Source: Lingula anatina (lineage: Eukaryota; Animalia; Brachiopoda). Taken from it: a DNA stretch of 64,000 bases. Made by a program: the position numbers and the translations under genes. Position 1 is the stretch's first letter; each line of letters opens with the position of its first letter. The notes under the pieces were generated by a model, which saw nothing but the letters and a program-made list of their open reading frames with translations, was not told the origin of the DNA and ran no database searches. Shown in pieces: positions 26,801 to 39,466 of this stretch. Location: NCBI GenBank assembly GCA_051362555.1, contig CM120642.1, positions 24,986,001-25,050,000 of the forward strand. The letters run 5' to 3'.

Positions 26801-29800
26801 ATTGAGCCCCGGAAAAGGGGACGGATGCTTTTTTTAGACTGACAGGATCCGCTAACCTCAAGGGGCCTCTCAGAACACGTGTTTATTGGATCCTACTCCT
26901 ACCTTAGGTAGTCCTGCTTGCAGAACAGGCTATTCTCCTTCACGTAGCAGGTCTGCTGGTGATCCAACCGACACTGGCAGACGGAGCAGTACAGGCACTT
27001 GGCATGAAACGATCGGCCACACACTCGAAAGATGTACTGGTCGTTGATTTCGTCCCTGCATTCGTAACACATATCACCATTCGTCTAGAAAAAATGAATG
27101 AATGAATGAATGAATGAATAAATGAAAGGGAAAAAACAAATGGAATGACGACACGTAATTAATACATATGTGAATGAAAATGAATTACTGAACAAACAAG
27201 CGAATGGATGTGATAGTCTATGATCACATTCTAACAAACGTTTTATGTCCATTTGCGTAATTCCATGTGTCCTTTAAAAATGTTGTTTGAAGGGATGGAT
27301 ATCCTGAAAAGGGATACTTCACATATGTTTTATCGGTTACAAAAGGGGAATAAGATACGAACATTCTCATCTTCATTCTCACACGCTAAGCCGTACGTCG
27401 GGGTTTTATGATATTTTGGGATAAAACAACGATTTAAGAAACATTGAAAATGCCAATATGATAATGTACTGTTTATTTTTCGACAAAAAAATTTACCTTT
27501 GAGGATATTTTTCTTTCAAGACAAACGTTATTAATTTTAAGATAGAATAAAACTTTATGAAAACATTTTCTGAGAGAATGCATGCATGTATGTATGAATG
27601 TGAGAATGTGAGGTAAATGTCACGGTAAATGTCACGGTAAATGTCAACTGTTGAGGTCTTGATATAACAGACCCACCGTTGGCATAACAATCATGTTCAT
27701 TATTCTCCATTTCCGCATAAGTACTTCAGTACTGATTTTCAGTGAAAATGAAACTAGCACTCACAAAATGGAGACCTCCAACCACTTAATATTCTAATTT
27801 TAATTTTAAAATCTATTAATCAATTAATGGGTCACCACCAAAATCTAAAATCTAATCGATTTTAAGTTAGCCCATTTCTGATCTTTCCTGTAAATTACAT
27901 CAAAATCCACCCATTACTTTTTGAAGAATGTTGCTAACAAACGAAACCAAACGGGTCCAGACGACAATCCAGACGGCCAGCAAAATCTACTCATTTGTTA
28001 CGTGGTCAACTCTCATCAGTGTCTGAAATATTTCAAAATTTCATGAAAATCCTTTTATATTTTTGCCAATAACAGTAGACAAATAGCGGACAGACGCACA
28101 GACACACAAACGGCGCAGGTAAAAATGAACGAATTGCACGCAATCCAAGAAGTGGAGCGTCTGACCTTCCAACGCAAACCTAGCGCAATGTACTTTATGC
28201 TCAGTGAACATCTACCTGTTTCAAACACATAATAAAAAAATAAGAACTAGCACAATATTTTTAACAATATCATTTTAGTGCATGCTCACTTTATATTTAT
28301 ACAAAATGCATTTTGATAGGGCATAGAAATACACCACACAGATACGTTTGTTCTTGGCAATATAACAGCAGGTTCGAACGAGGAAATAACGGTTTCAGTA
28401 GAGAAAATAGTAAACAAAAAGGTGAATTTGAAAATCAAGTTTTAAGCTCGATCATACTAAAATCGTGATGATAGATAACCGTGGCATCCCACTGTCTTCT
28501 TACATTAAGTAAGTATCAAATGAAATAAATGTGATATATTGAAATTAATATGTGGTCTTGTTAATGTTTGATGCACTTTCCATGTACGAAGAATTTAAAA
28601 AAGTAAAACCGTTTAAACCGTGGGAAATTACTGCTAGAAATTCTTTCTAAATTACTCAAGTAAGCCATTTCGAATGTATCCATAATTCACAAGCATCGTT
28701 TCGGTATTTCAAATGTCTGCGCAATGTCTGAGACATTAATTGCATAGGTTACTCATCATCAAATTTCGTTAATATTCACGTGATATGCCATAAACCTATG
28801 GAGGGTAAACGAACGCCGATACTTCAAAACTCATATAAACTTCCTTTATCATTTTTTAACCATTCACTACGAACCGGTAAGTTGCCTCTTAGAGGCTCAG
28901 TGAGCAGACCGTTGTAGATTATTCCGGTAAACATTTTTGCCGGGAAAGAAAGGCACAAGTTTAGATATTTCGTTTTTTTTATTTTATTTTCTTGATTTAA
29001 TACAGATTACAGCACGCAAGAACGAATGCTTTTTTATTTGGCAAAACAACCGGTGAATGACTATGCAAAAAGTCTTCCGTTGTTTCATGGTTAAAATTGC
29101 TATAATCGATTGTGCACTAAATAAATAAATCACCAATATACATGTACCTTATAATTAACCATCAAGTGTTGACCATAAGCCGTAAGGATGACTTGAGACT
29201 ACAATCCAGTTTTTCGTGCTGGACGACGCTGTGAGACCGTGATACAACTGGTCTTAAAGAACCTTTGACCTTTGACCTCTCTCAAAAAATTCAAAATCTA
29301 AACACCATGCAGAATTAACCAAATTCGTCTTTATTGATAAATCGGACCTGCTTACATCTGACATTGATATATTGACGCTTGGACGCTTGAGACACGTTTG
29401 TATTTTGATGTTTGGTATCGAATTTAGACCACATTTTTATGAAATATATTTTGTAAAATATTTTGTTTCGCAAATATAATCTTCATTCGAGTTCTCTTAA
29501 TTATGCCCAATTCGCGTTTAAACGTTGTGAAAATGATTTCTCTTGACTGACACCATCTAGCATAATGCTTGAGTAAAAGACACATACCTAGACAATCTAC
29601 TTTCATTCCAAATTAGTTTATTTTTTCATAAACAGCTTAACACTGCCATTTATTTTTGCACTGAGCAAAAAAGAACAAACGCAGAATAATACAACGAAAT
29701 AAAATATTCCACCGATTTCATTGCAATGGAGATTATTGTTGGCATTTATTATTGATAATTAATTTTAAGAAGACAACGAGGAAAGAGGCACTTACTTTAA

Positions 29801-29912
29801 ATATCCTAAAAGGTGACAGCGATTCCTCGTCTTGCCCTGAGGAGCCACCCATGTCCATATCTCCTTGTTGATCGTCAACATCTCCCGAAATACTCGAATC
29901 GCCATCGGACAT
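20763..29912 (-). CDS. Awh: LIM-homeobox transcription factor Arrowhead / Lhx6-Lhx8 orthologue; exons 29912-29796, 27084-26903 (LIM1), 25702-25491 (LIM2), 22362-22222 and 21861-21679 (homeodomain), tentative last exon 20893-20763
   Basis: LIM1 CYECRDEINDQYIFRVCGRSFHAKCLYCSVC...CKQDY. LIM2 [49 protein letters not shown]. Homeodomain [57 protein letters not shown] is Awh-type. All splice phases are compatible. The first and last exons are less certain than the four domain exons. Confidence 0.92.
24555..24644. repeat. ~90-nt hairpin in Awh intron 3
   Basis: agtgtctcgattccataacc (24571-24590) pairs with ggtcatggaatcgagacact (24610-24629) at 19/20, extended by gcgcacgtg arms. Confidence 0.75.
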
Positions 29913-30269
29913 TTTCGAAAAACAGCACGATTTTATTTTATGCAATATCCAAGATAACTACAACCGTTCCCTGTGAAATTCCCGCAGCACAGGTTTTCTA
30001 TATTTGAGGAAGTACTTGGGTAACCGTTTAAGTTGACTCTATGTGAAGAGCGCTCTGACTGTAATACCACTACCGGACCTCGACGCAGCGCTTAAATATC
30101 CTCTGCAATATTGTAGTTATGAAATGCGGCCTTCACTCTATCTGCTTTTAAGTCTTTTAATCCTCATAACATTGTGTGAAAAAGTGAGAATCAAGAACAG
30201 CTATTGGTTCGGGAAGTCTTCTCGCCCCCAGATTTGTTTCAAAATGAAAATATGTCTTCTCACGAGCTC

Positions 30270-30380
30270 ACCGCCTCGACGTCATCACAGTTCCTCCCAC
30301 TATTCTTCAACAACCAATCAGAATGATCAAGACGCGTGCCATCTGTTACGGTTAGCATATCAAGGCGTGGTCTTGCCGTG
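30270..30380 (-). promoter_or_regulatory. Candidate Awh proximal promoter
   Basis: CpG-richer patch about 360-470 bp upstream of the ATG, with CRE-like CGACGTCA (30277-30284), CCAATCAG (30314-30321) and GC-box-like GGCGTGGTC (30364-30372). Motif evidence only. Confidence 0.3.
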
Positions 30381-32139
30381 TGTCGTGCCTTCGGTTTTTC
30401 AGCTATTTTCCTCAGAACATCTGAAGAAGTTAGGATTCCCCGAACTGATAAGACTGAGTGTTATTTGATGGTTGCAATTGCCAACTGGGGCTTATTCTAT
30501 ACTCAATAAATTGTCATTGACTTTACAAACTGCTTGTACATGTAGCACTTAAAATCAGAAATAAACACCCTCCTCGACCGGACTGGAAACAATTTAATGC
30601 GGCTACCAAGCATTACGAATACAATTTTGGGTTTACTCTGAGACAGGGTTAAACTATAACCCCCCCTCCCCCTCCCTCAGGCAGGGTCTAATCTTGGTCT
30701 AATAGTGTGAAACAGGCCTTACGGTTTTATCTCAGCAACTACGAAGCGGTTTGTGAAATAGGACCTCAGCTAATGTTTAATATTTGGTACATCATTATTA
30801 TTTATTAATATTACTATCTTCAGTTTTTTTTTCCAGTCAGGATACGAGTCGAGAAACTTTGATTTCCGCACAAGCATATGTTCACTGAGATCCTCATCAT
30901 AAAGATATCTAGACAACGTGCCCAAGTATACGCAAAATCTAGGCACATAACCCTTTACCCGCTACACACATAAATCAATATTTACAAAGATCAGCACTTA
31001 AGCCCTTCTTAAAGAGTGTCAAACACAACACATGCGGTGTTAGCTAGAAATCAGGATACAAAGAACGTTGTCGTTTTCAGTGACTTAACGTATCTTTTCT
31101 AATCTTATTGCGTTTTCTAGTTTAGAGATATGACAAATGTAACACTGTGTACCCAATGAAGCTCAATAAGATATTATTGTTATTATTAAACTTCTGGATT
31201 ATGCTTTCTACTAGTAGTAGGACTCCCTCTGGCAACGTTGTAGTTATTTAGCAAAGACTCTCTCCTGTCCCCTTTATCACAACGTTAATTGCATTTGACA
31301 AAATGGCCATTTGAATGGAAATTCTCACTCCTACAGAGCACATCTGTTCGAATCCTATCAAGTTGTGAAAGGTTATGTAATGTGTCCATCTCGACGTTGT
31401 CGACAAACTCGAACTGGGAGATTGAAAGGAAACTAACATGTAGACTTCCCGATGGTCTTCCTGACAACAACACACAATATTTTCTTCCTTTTTTAATAAA
31501 AGCGGTTCAATGTACGGTGAACGTACGCCCACAAGTTCAAACGGGTAAAGTGTGAACTATTATCAAAATGGATGGTGGGTGTGGGGCTCCGGATTCGGAC
31601 GCTCCCACCCTCGTTCATCTGCATGTACATGTACTAGTATCTCGTTCATCGTCTAACGTCTCGTACATCGCCTTGTTTCGCCGCATTTTGCAACCGAGCA
31701 CAATTTTAACCGGTCTGCGGCTTTACATCTGTGCAACTGATTGCATTCAGCGAGAGTCCCCGCGAAGTTGAACGCTAATTTCATTGGGAATGAGTCTATG
31801 TTCATGTTAAAATATCACCCCAAAGATGTCCGATGTAAAAGCACCTACTTCTCGAGTATTTCTGAACATCTGACCTGATATCTATTCATTTTGTTTCGTT
31901 CCTGGTGCCAGAATCAAGAAGGAAAAACCGATGTTAAGCGATGCCAAAGACTACCCTGTGGATAGTTATTAAAAGTGAGATTATTTAAACACTCAAGGTC
32001 TTTTCAGATCACATAAATAAGACCCTTGAGAGATTGAAAGCTTTTAAGTTTCCAGTTTTAAAATATTTAAATACTGAAATAGCCTGGACCCAGTTTCATT
32101 AGCACTGGATATATTAATACCGCTATCGTATGGGCAACA

Positions 32140-32427
32140 TTATTACCTCCGCCAAGGAGGTTATGTTTTCACCCCTGTTTGTTCGTCTGTCTTTCTGTCT
32201 GTCTGTCTGTCATCAACATAACTCAAAAAGTTATGGATGAATTTCGATGGAATTTTCAGGGTAGGTCAGAAATGGGTTAACTTAGAAGTGATTAGTTTTT
32301 GGTGGTGATCCGGATCAATAATCAATAAATAATCAATAATAAAAAATATCGAAAATTTAGGGGTGAAACGGCATTGGATGGAGACTTTGCTGCCTTGGCG
32401 GAGGTCTGCGCTCTCTGAGTGCTTTTT
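32140..32427 (+). mobile_element. HINE/DINE-1-like (Helentron-derived) non-autonomous element; a degraded inverted relative lies at about 27825-28110 in Awh intron 1
   Basis: Subterminal inverted repeat ACCTCCGCCAAGG (32145-32157) / CCTTGGCGGAGGT (32393-32405), (TCTG)n microsatellite, 3' stem-loop GCGCTC-TCT-GAGTGC and T-run. Confidence 0.7.
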
Positions 32428-33006
32428 CATTGGATAAAATTGTTATCCTCTGGGCAGATATCATGAAGAAATCAGCCATTTGCAACAGTAGAAAAAAGTA
32501 CCTAGGATTTTTTATCATTGCTTTATTCACAGTGCAACTGTCCAGAAGAAAAAAAATGAAGTGATGTTTAAAGGTCTTCAGATAAAACTGGATATTAAGA
32601 ACGTAGCCGTAGGGGTCACCGTTGGTTAATTGTTGTAAAAAAAATTGTTCAGATTGTTTAGCACGGAATATTCCGTTTAGTTACATTTCTTGTATTGTAC
32701 AGTTGCTCCATAAATTGGTATATAATCTGTAATTTTGCCGGCATTTCAACTTTACGCAATACAACCTTCCAGAAACCTTTTGCGTAAAACAAAGATAGCT
32801 CTACAGATTGAAAGTAATTTGTGTGAAAAAAATTGCCTGAAAAAGTGCGACATTAAAAAAGGAAAATTAACATTTGTTGTAAAGTCCAATGAAAACTTTT
32901 GCATAACAGAACATTTTTGTACACCTACTATGGTTGTAGAAAATGTATTATTAACGCGATATAAAAAGTTTTTATTACATAATTATGAAAGTTTCATTAC
33001 AAGATG

Positions 33007-33224
33007 CAGTGGCGGATTTGGGGGGGGGGGGGGGGGGGCAGGGTGGGTCTTACCCCCCTTTCTATTTCTGAGAAAAATCATACCAATGTCCCCTCTTGAA
33101 ATTCATAGTTTTAAGCCGTACCAAAGGCACCGTTCGCGGGATCCGAACCCCACGCCAAGGGAGGGTCGGCTTCTAATCCGCGGACCCCACTCCCCGCCTT
33201 CAAATAATCCTGGATCCGCCCCTG
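33007..33224. mobile_element. CAG(T/G)GGCGGAT-type MITE with 5-bp TSD (AGATG)
   Basis: cagtggcggat / atccgcccctg termini, AGATG at 33002-33006 and 33225-33229. Confidence 0.7.
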
Positions 33225-34658
33225 AGATGCCAAAAGGTGTTAGTAACGTGTTGATGCATGTTTGTGAGCTCCCTAGCTACCTTCGCCATGGTAGCATCTT
33301 GACGACCAAAAGCGTGTTACATGTTCGATGCCACCTGTCACAGTGCATAGAAAAAAAAGCAACTTAACATTTGCGAGACGAAACAATTTTTAACCAGTTT
33401 TTACCAACCTCCCCCCCCCCCCCTGCCCCCCATGCTACCAAGGGTACTATTCATAAAATGGCGTGGCACATATTTCACCAATGTACATGTTTATAAGGTG
33501 ATAAATGAAAGTTGCTTTTGGGCGGTTTTCGTCGGTAAAATATTGAGCAAGACTAATTTTCCGTTTACCTAGCTATTAACGCTTTGAATGTAACAGCTGC
33601 TTCCCGAAGTTGTTAATCCAAATTAGAATTATCACTTCCATGCCATCTTTAATGGTGATAATTGGTCCTTCGTTTAATTTAATTCATATTTCTGAGTTCC
33701 CGACAACACGTAATACTTGTTAAGTTTTCAGGGACATTCATGTTTCCTGTTATTGGGTAACATAGGAATAGTGTCTCAACTGAGTAGAGCAAAATGATCT
33801 TTTTACAACATATTTCTTGAAAAATGTGAAGACTTTTAAAAATATAATATGTCTACAGTATAATTCATTAATTGAAAGTCTAAAATCCATTCAATTGGTC
33901 ATATTAGTAGATTTTACGGAGAAAGAGCCAATACTAGAAAAAACAAATAATCAAGATATACATGTATGAAATTTGAAAAAGTAAGATCATCAATTATACA
34001 ATTTTTCAAAATACAAATAAATTGTTAACTCTACACAGTCTTCGGTTGACTCATCTGAGAGCATTTCAATTTTGTCCACTTTCGTTACTTAAACAGTTTT
34101 TATTGGTCAATGCTACAGCCAGATTTATCAAATATTTTGTAATAGTTATCGCAGTGATCCTTAATATAATAATTATTTCTCTTATTTTTATAATTAATGT
34201 TTTTAGAATTTTTAATAAGTCCGATTTTGTTGCTTTAATTATAAAGAACCTTTATTTTTTATTGTAAAGTGCATTTAAATGCATGAAAACGGAATGTGCT
34301 ATACAAGAAATAAATATTATTATCATTACTTCCTTAAAATATTACATCATATTAGAAAGATGAATATAGAGATATGGATATATGTAAATCATTTGCGTAG
34401 AGTCTGTAAAATGCAACTAAAACATTTTAGTGCGCAATTAAGTTATCATTATTATTAATATTTAATTTTCACTATACAAGTGTTCATTTTGGCTTACAAA
34501 CATATTGCAATATCAGTTATCTATTTATGAAAACCCGGGAGAGTTCTTTTTTTCTCAAATCATAACGAAAATAATGGAAAGCTAAGACAGGCCGGGAGGC
34601 TGCTAGCTAAATCTAAAATAAACCTTTGACTAACCAGTAAAATTTTAGGAACTTCCGA

Positions 34659-34908
34659 GGGACCATTCCCAGACCCTATCGTACCAATTGTGGATCGATC
34701 TATCTCAGAGGGATTCTAGCAATATTGCTATCAGCTAAAGCGGCTTAAATGTCTGTCACGCCTACTGGAGCCGCTAGGTGTTAAGTAACTATATCGTTTC
34801 AGTAGGCGTGCCAGACATTAAAGCTGCTTAAGCTGTTAGCAATTTAACGAGAAACCCCTTGGAGATGGATCGATCCTGTTAGATCGATCTAGGCATGGGA
34901 ACGCAAGC
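34659..34908 (-). mobile_element. Diverged inverted member of the 'TAGATCGATCTA' MITE family (a fragment also lies at about 35290-35345)
   Basis: gatcgatcta near both ends; internal cggcttaaatgtctgtcacgcctact is the reverse complement of the family core agtaggcgggacagacgcttaagccg. Confidence 0.6.
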
Positions 34909-35544
34909 TATAGAAAGTAGCAAAATAAAGATTTGGGGAGCATTTTGTCCCTAGATTTAACTAAGGAAATTAAGCTCGGTCTGTACAAGAGATTACATTA
35001 CATTGTTTTCCGTCTGTGGAAGAGGTTTCTTTCTTTTTTTGCACAAAATGGTGACGGGAGCAAAAACTCTTGGGGATACGGAAAACCTGTCACGGGAGAC
35101 CCCTGACTGCACTGACAAGGCCAGGAAAGCCATATTAATATTACCAACGCACAGTGAAAACATTTCTGCTCTACTGGTGCTTTAAGTAGAACGATCGTAG
35201 AAAATTACCTCCTTGATTAATGTTTTGAGGTCTAGCTTAACTTATTCAATGTTCCGACTTTTTCACCCCATTCTCGCTATTTCATTTCAGTCTGTCAGCT
35301 TAAATGTCTGACACGCCTCCTAGGGCCGCTATGGGGTAATTATCTAATATTCTAGCTACACGGGGAGAGGCGTATCAAGCTGAACAGATTGAATGAAATA
35401 GCGAGAATCCCTTGCACGATGTTTGAATCTGAACACGGTCAAAGAGGAAGAAACACAAACCCCAGTCAGTGCTCCTTTAACAAAAAATACGTGTTTTGTG
35501 AGATGAGAGTGGTCTGTGGTGAATTCTCTAATAATTAAAGCAGC

Positions 35545-35662
35545 ATGAGTATTAAGAGAGAGACTTTTAAAACTGTGATAATTACTTTCAGTTCTTAAAT
35601 AAAAAGGGAGTTCGTTCCACAATTTGGGGGCATATACAATAAAAATCCTGTCCCCATAAATG
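35545..35662 (-). mobile_element. L2/CR1-group LINE ORF2 C-terminal relic
   Basis: Translation YGDRIFIVYAPKLWNELPFYLRTESNYHSFKSL matches the YGDRAFSxxAPxLWNxLPxxLR...FK motif. Confidence 0.65.
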
Positions 35663-35735
35663 TGTTATTGTCCCTACTATTGTGAAGTATTATAAAAGTA
35701 TAACCGTAAGTCGACATTGATGTCAGGACAGTTAA

Positions 35736-36067
35736 AGGGATAATAACTCTTCGTATGAGATCTATTTTTCACAATAAAAACATTGTGAACAACTCAGAAA
35801 TATTATATATTCTGTTTTACCACAAAAACGGCAGTTATAGCTATTATTCTGATATCTGAGCTTGTCTTTAGACCACGTGACCTCCATTTATGGCTATACT
35901 CTGTTATAATCTCTTAAGAGATTATAACAAAAACGAACTTTTAGTAAAAAACAGGGACTAACTTTGAATGTAAAAATGGATTCTTTAACCATTGATAAGC
36001 ATGGGCAAATTGTTGTTTACTCCAGGAAAATTAATTTCATTGGCCAAAACGAAGAGTTATTATCCCT
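35736..36067. mobile_element. Non-autonomous TTAA-target element (Kolobok-like); partial relatives at about 985-1190 and 19720-19798
   Basis: 18-bp perfect TIR agggataataactcttcg / cgaagagttattatccct, TTAA on both sides, internal palindrome gttataatctcttaagagattataac. Confidence 0.7.
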
Positions 36068-37390
36068 TTAATGTTTTACATTAAAATAGAGACCAAACGA
36101 AATTTTTATATATTATTTTTCTTTTTTTTTTCTTGAAAATTCAGCTGAATTGTGAAGTATAGGTCTTGGAAATATCATAGAAGTAGAGAAGCAATTACTT
36201 CTTACTGATAACCATTTCTTTCGAAGATGACACAATAAGTTATGTACCACCCACTCAATAGAGAGGTGCATTTCAAAATGCAGAAGTGTCAAAAAATAAG
36301 ATTGAATGATTTCAAAGTTGTATTCCATTTTTGAAAACATACATGTGTATAGAACAAAAATCCACGACTGTCTCAATTTAAATTCAAATTTTAATTTTTA
36401 CCATGTCTTTTACATTACGCAAAGAGACCTAAATGGTAACGTATGTTCCAAAAACGTACGGTAACGTATGTTCCGGGTCATTTAATTTTAATTTTTATGC
36501 CGCGTTTCAATATATTTTGTAGTGGTTCAGTCATGGCAAATTAGTACGTTTTTATGAATACTTAAACTGTAACTCAAGGAGCTTTGCGTCATGGCTAATA
36601 CTAGGTAACGTATGTTCCCTAGAAAATTGCCAAAATGTTTAATTTTGTTCAAGTACTTGTGCAAGAGAAAACAATGTATTCTTTTGCTGACCGAAAAATA
36701 TATTGCGATTCCATGTTAGTTTAACACTACTGATATAATATTTGGAGCATGAAGGGGAAAATAAGTTATTTAATGCTTATTTTACTGTCGGTAGGGTGTA
36801 TTTTCCCCGTTTTTTAAAATATTCATTGACAAGCAAACTAAAGTTGCTCAAAGAAAATTAAGTGCTATACACAGAAGATTATTATAATGTTTTACAACGT
36901 TATACTTGTAGGAGATAAATCAAAGAACAAAACCAGTGATGGTCAAATCTTCATAGTGAGTAAAACGATTCATAGTTGAACGTTTTGCATTTGTGACAGT
37001 AACGTATGTTCCTTCTTGGGGATAGAAGAAGAATTATTTTTTATTATTCATGGTTCCAGGAGAGTGAAACTTTGATACAAACATCTTCAGCTAGGACGGG
37101 CCTAACATAATCAGACATAGTTTGCAATCTGTGCACTTAATATTTTAAGGGCACGCCTGTGACCTCAATTGCACCTCTATATTGGGTTTGGGTGAACATC
37201 TGAGATATTTAATCCGATATAATCCGAACTTTACCTTGGCCTTTCTGATAATTTGTCTTAATTTTTTAATTTAAACGATCACGTGTTAAATAAGGATTTA
37301 CATTTTGTACTGCTGTCGTAAAAGATTTCTTACGTTCACTCACTGAAAATCGGTGTTGGGTTTTAGACTTTAAACAATAATGACAACATT

Positions 37391-37391
<1 letters not shown>

Positions 37392-37450
<59 letters not shown>

Positions 37451-37469
37451 TATTATTATTATTATTATT
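37392..37469. repeat. (TAA)n followed by (TTA)n microsatellite in inverted arrangement
   Basis: Direct reading; the switch is at 'taatacttat' (37441-37450). Confidence 0.9.
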
Positions 37470-37633
37470 TTCTCGTACTCACGAATCTTTTCTCGAGTCG
37501 GCCCTGCACTTGGATTCGATGTTTTATTCCGTTTTTTTAGTCTCACGACTTCTAATGAGATATCGTTTAAATTGCTGACGTCAGACTCTTTTCTGTGGGG
37601 TTTTAAGGTCTGAATTGGCAGAGATTGTTGTGA

Positions 37634-37751
37634 TAGATACAATACGAGTCGCCGAGCTGTACGTGAAATATTACGAGTGTATTGGCGAGCCGCAGGCGAG
37701 ACAATACACGAGTAATTTTCACGTACAGCTCGGCGACGAGTGTTGTATCTA
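37634..37751 (+). repeat. 118-nt imperfect hairpin, probably the core of a non-autonomous element (Crypton-like is a guess)
   Basis: Arms 37634-37691 and 37695-37751 with GCA loop; ctctgattggc follows at about 37766. Confidence 0.8.
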
Positions 37752-38503
37752 GCTTAAACCACTGCCTCTGATTGGCCACAGCACTAGTAGTGCAACAGAC
37801 CGTGGAACGCACTCGTACATGACGTGCTTGTATGTCGAATACAGCACGGCCGTGTCTTTTGTTTTACGCGCTAGCCGTGGTTTAAATTCAGGATATGTAG
37901 ACACAGAAAATATGACCGGGAAATTTCCAAACGAGTACAGTATACCCTCTAGGTATGGGACCAACACGCGGACGACCGATGACCACTTCTCATGTAAGGA
38001 ACAAATATGGTTCTTAAAATTGTCTAAAATGGATCTCATTAATCCATTCAGACGATATTTATTTCTATGAATGAATGTTTATTACATTTTAATCAGATTC
38101 AAGTTGGTCAAACTTTTGGCATTATCTACTCATACTGTAAGTTTTTTCAGTCATCTTTCCAGTAATTAGCGTCGAAAAGATATTGTTCAACCTTCTTTGG
38201 TGCAAAGCTTCACATAAGTGACAATACAATAAAAATTATTACTCTAGTCAAATTTGATATAGACACTACGCGAAAACCACACGCCAGGTTTGTTTTCAGA
38301 ATACTGTTGTGGTTACTGCCTAAAACCTATTACTCGATCCTGTTTACATCAAAAACCAGTAATTCCTGGATTACTCACATGTTAACACCGCCTTTTTTTT
38401 CAAGTTGAATGTCAATTTCAGGATGGATTATATTCTGTCCGCTAATAACACTAATGACAACATTGTATTCGTGCCGTGTTACAGGTCTTACGAAGCAGTT
38501 TTA

Positions 38504-38718
38504 GACCTCATTTCCAGAGATTAGATCGATCTACTTTAGATCGACCTAAGTCCCTGGGGGTTCACGCTAAATAGCTGTCAGCCGGGCGGACACGAAAGTT
38601 AATTACCCCCTTACAGCTTGTAGTAGGCGGGACGGGCATTTAAGCCGGATTATCTGACAGTAATCTAGTGAGACTCCCCGCGGGGATAGATCGATCTAAA
38701 AGCTCTGGGAATACAACC
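38504..38718 (+). mobile_element. MITE family 'TAGATCGATCTA', copy 2
   Basis: Colinear with 7699-7924, TTA on both sides. Confidence 0.75.
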
Positions 38719-39466
38719 TTAGTGAGCCGAACGGAACCAACGGAAATGAAACCATTTCCACTTGGAAAATACTGTAAAAAGTGATTTTATAACAAGTTGG
38801 GGGACAATCTACATCGATATCCATACATAGTAGTTTCACATGACAGGAAAATTATCTTAAGACCAGTATTTAACCAGGAATCTAGATATAATCAGTTTTT
38901 GTTATAATGATTTCGTTTCAGTTTTGGTGTACTTCGACATCTTTTTGTACCTTTATCAGTTTTTTCCATGTAGTTTTGAATGGATACAAACACATCTACT
39001 GTCGCCTTTTTTAAATGGCGTTTTTTAAAAACTAACGGTCAAAAAGTGTTAAATGATGTCCAACACGATTTTTTTCCATAAATACTCAAAATTAAGGCTA
39101 CGGATTGAGAGAATATAAACAAGGCAGCAAAACTGTCAAATGTACACACACGTGCAGAAAATAATGGTGCTGGTCTGTTTTGATGCAATATTACTAAATC
39201 AACACCACCAATTTTAAATTACGTACTATAGGTAACACATCATGAACATTCAGAAAACATTACTAGCATAGGACCTCAGTACTGCGGGATTTCAAAGTCA
39301 CATACTGAAAATGACAATATGTGAAAAATTCACATAAAAACTACATAGATGCAAGAAGAATAACTCAATCAAAATGGCTTTCCAATTTGAGCTGTATGCC
39401 AGTCCTAAGAATCTTTCTTGTAAGTTAGAGTCTAACAATAATACCGTATTCCTTTTATAGCGTTAA

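Noticed and set aside
30043-30468. 141-aa plus-strand ORF upstream of Awh
   Set aside because: GTG start and no homology cues; overlaps the presumed promoter/5' UTR
32735-33367. Longest ORF in the window (210 aa)
   Set aside because: TTG start, no recognisable domain, and it runs through a MITE with a G-run; likely a chance ORF
36435-37012. CRISPR-like reading of the repeated 14-mer
   Set aside because: Repeat too short, spacing irregular, eukaryotic context and no cas genes
37370-37642. Poly-Ile ORFs on both strands
   Set aside because: Translations of the (TAA)n/(TTA)n microsatellite
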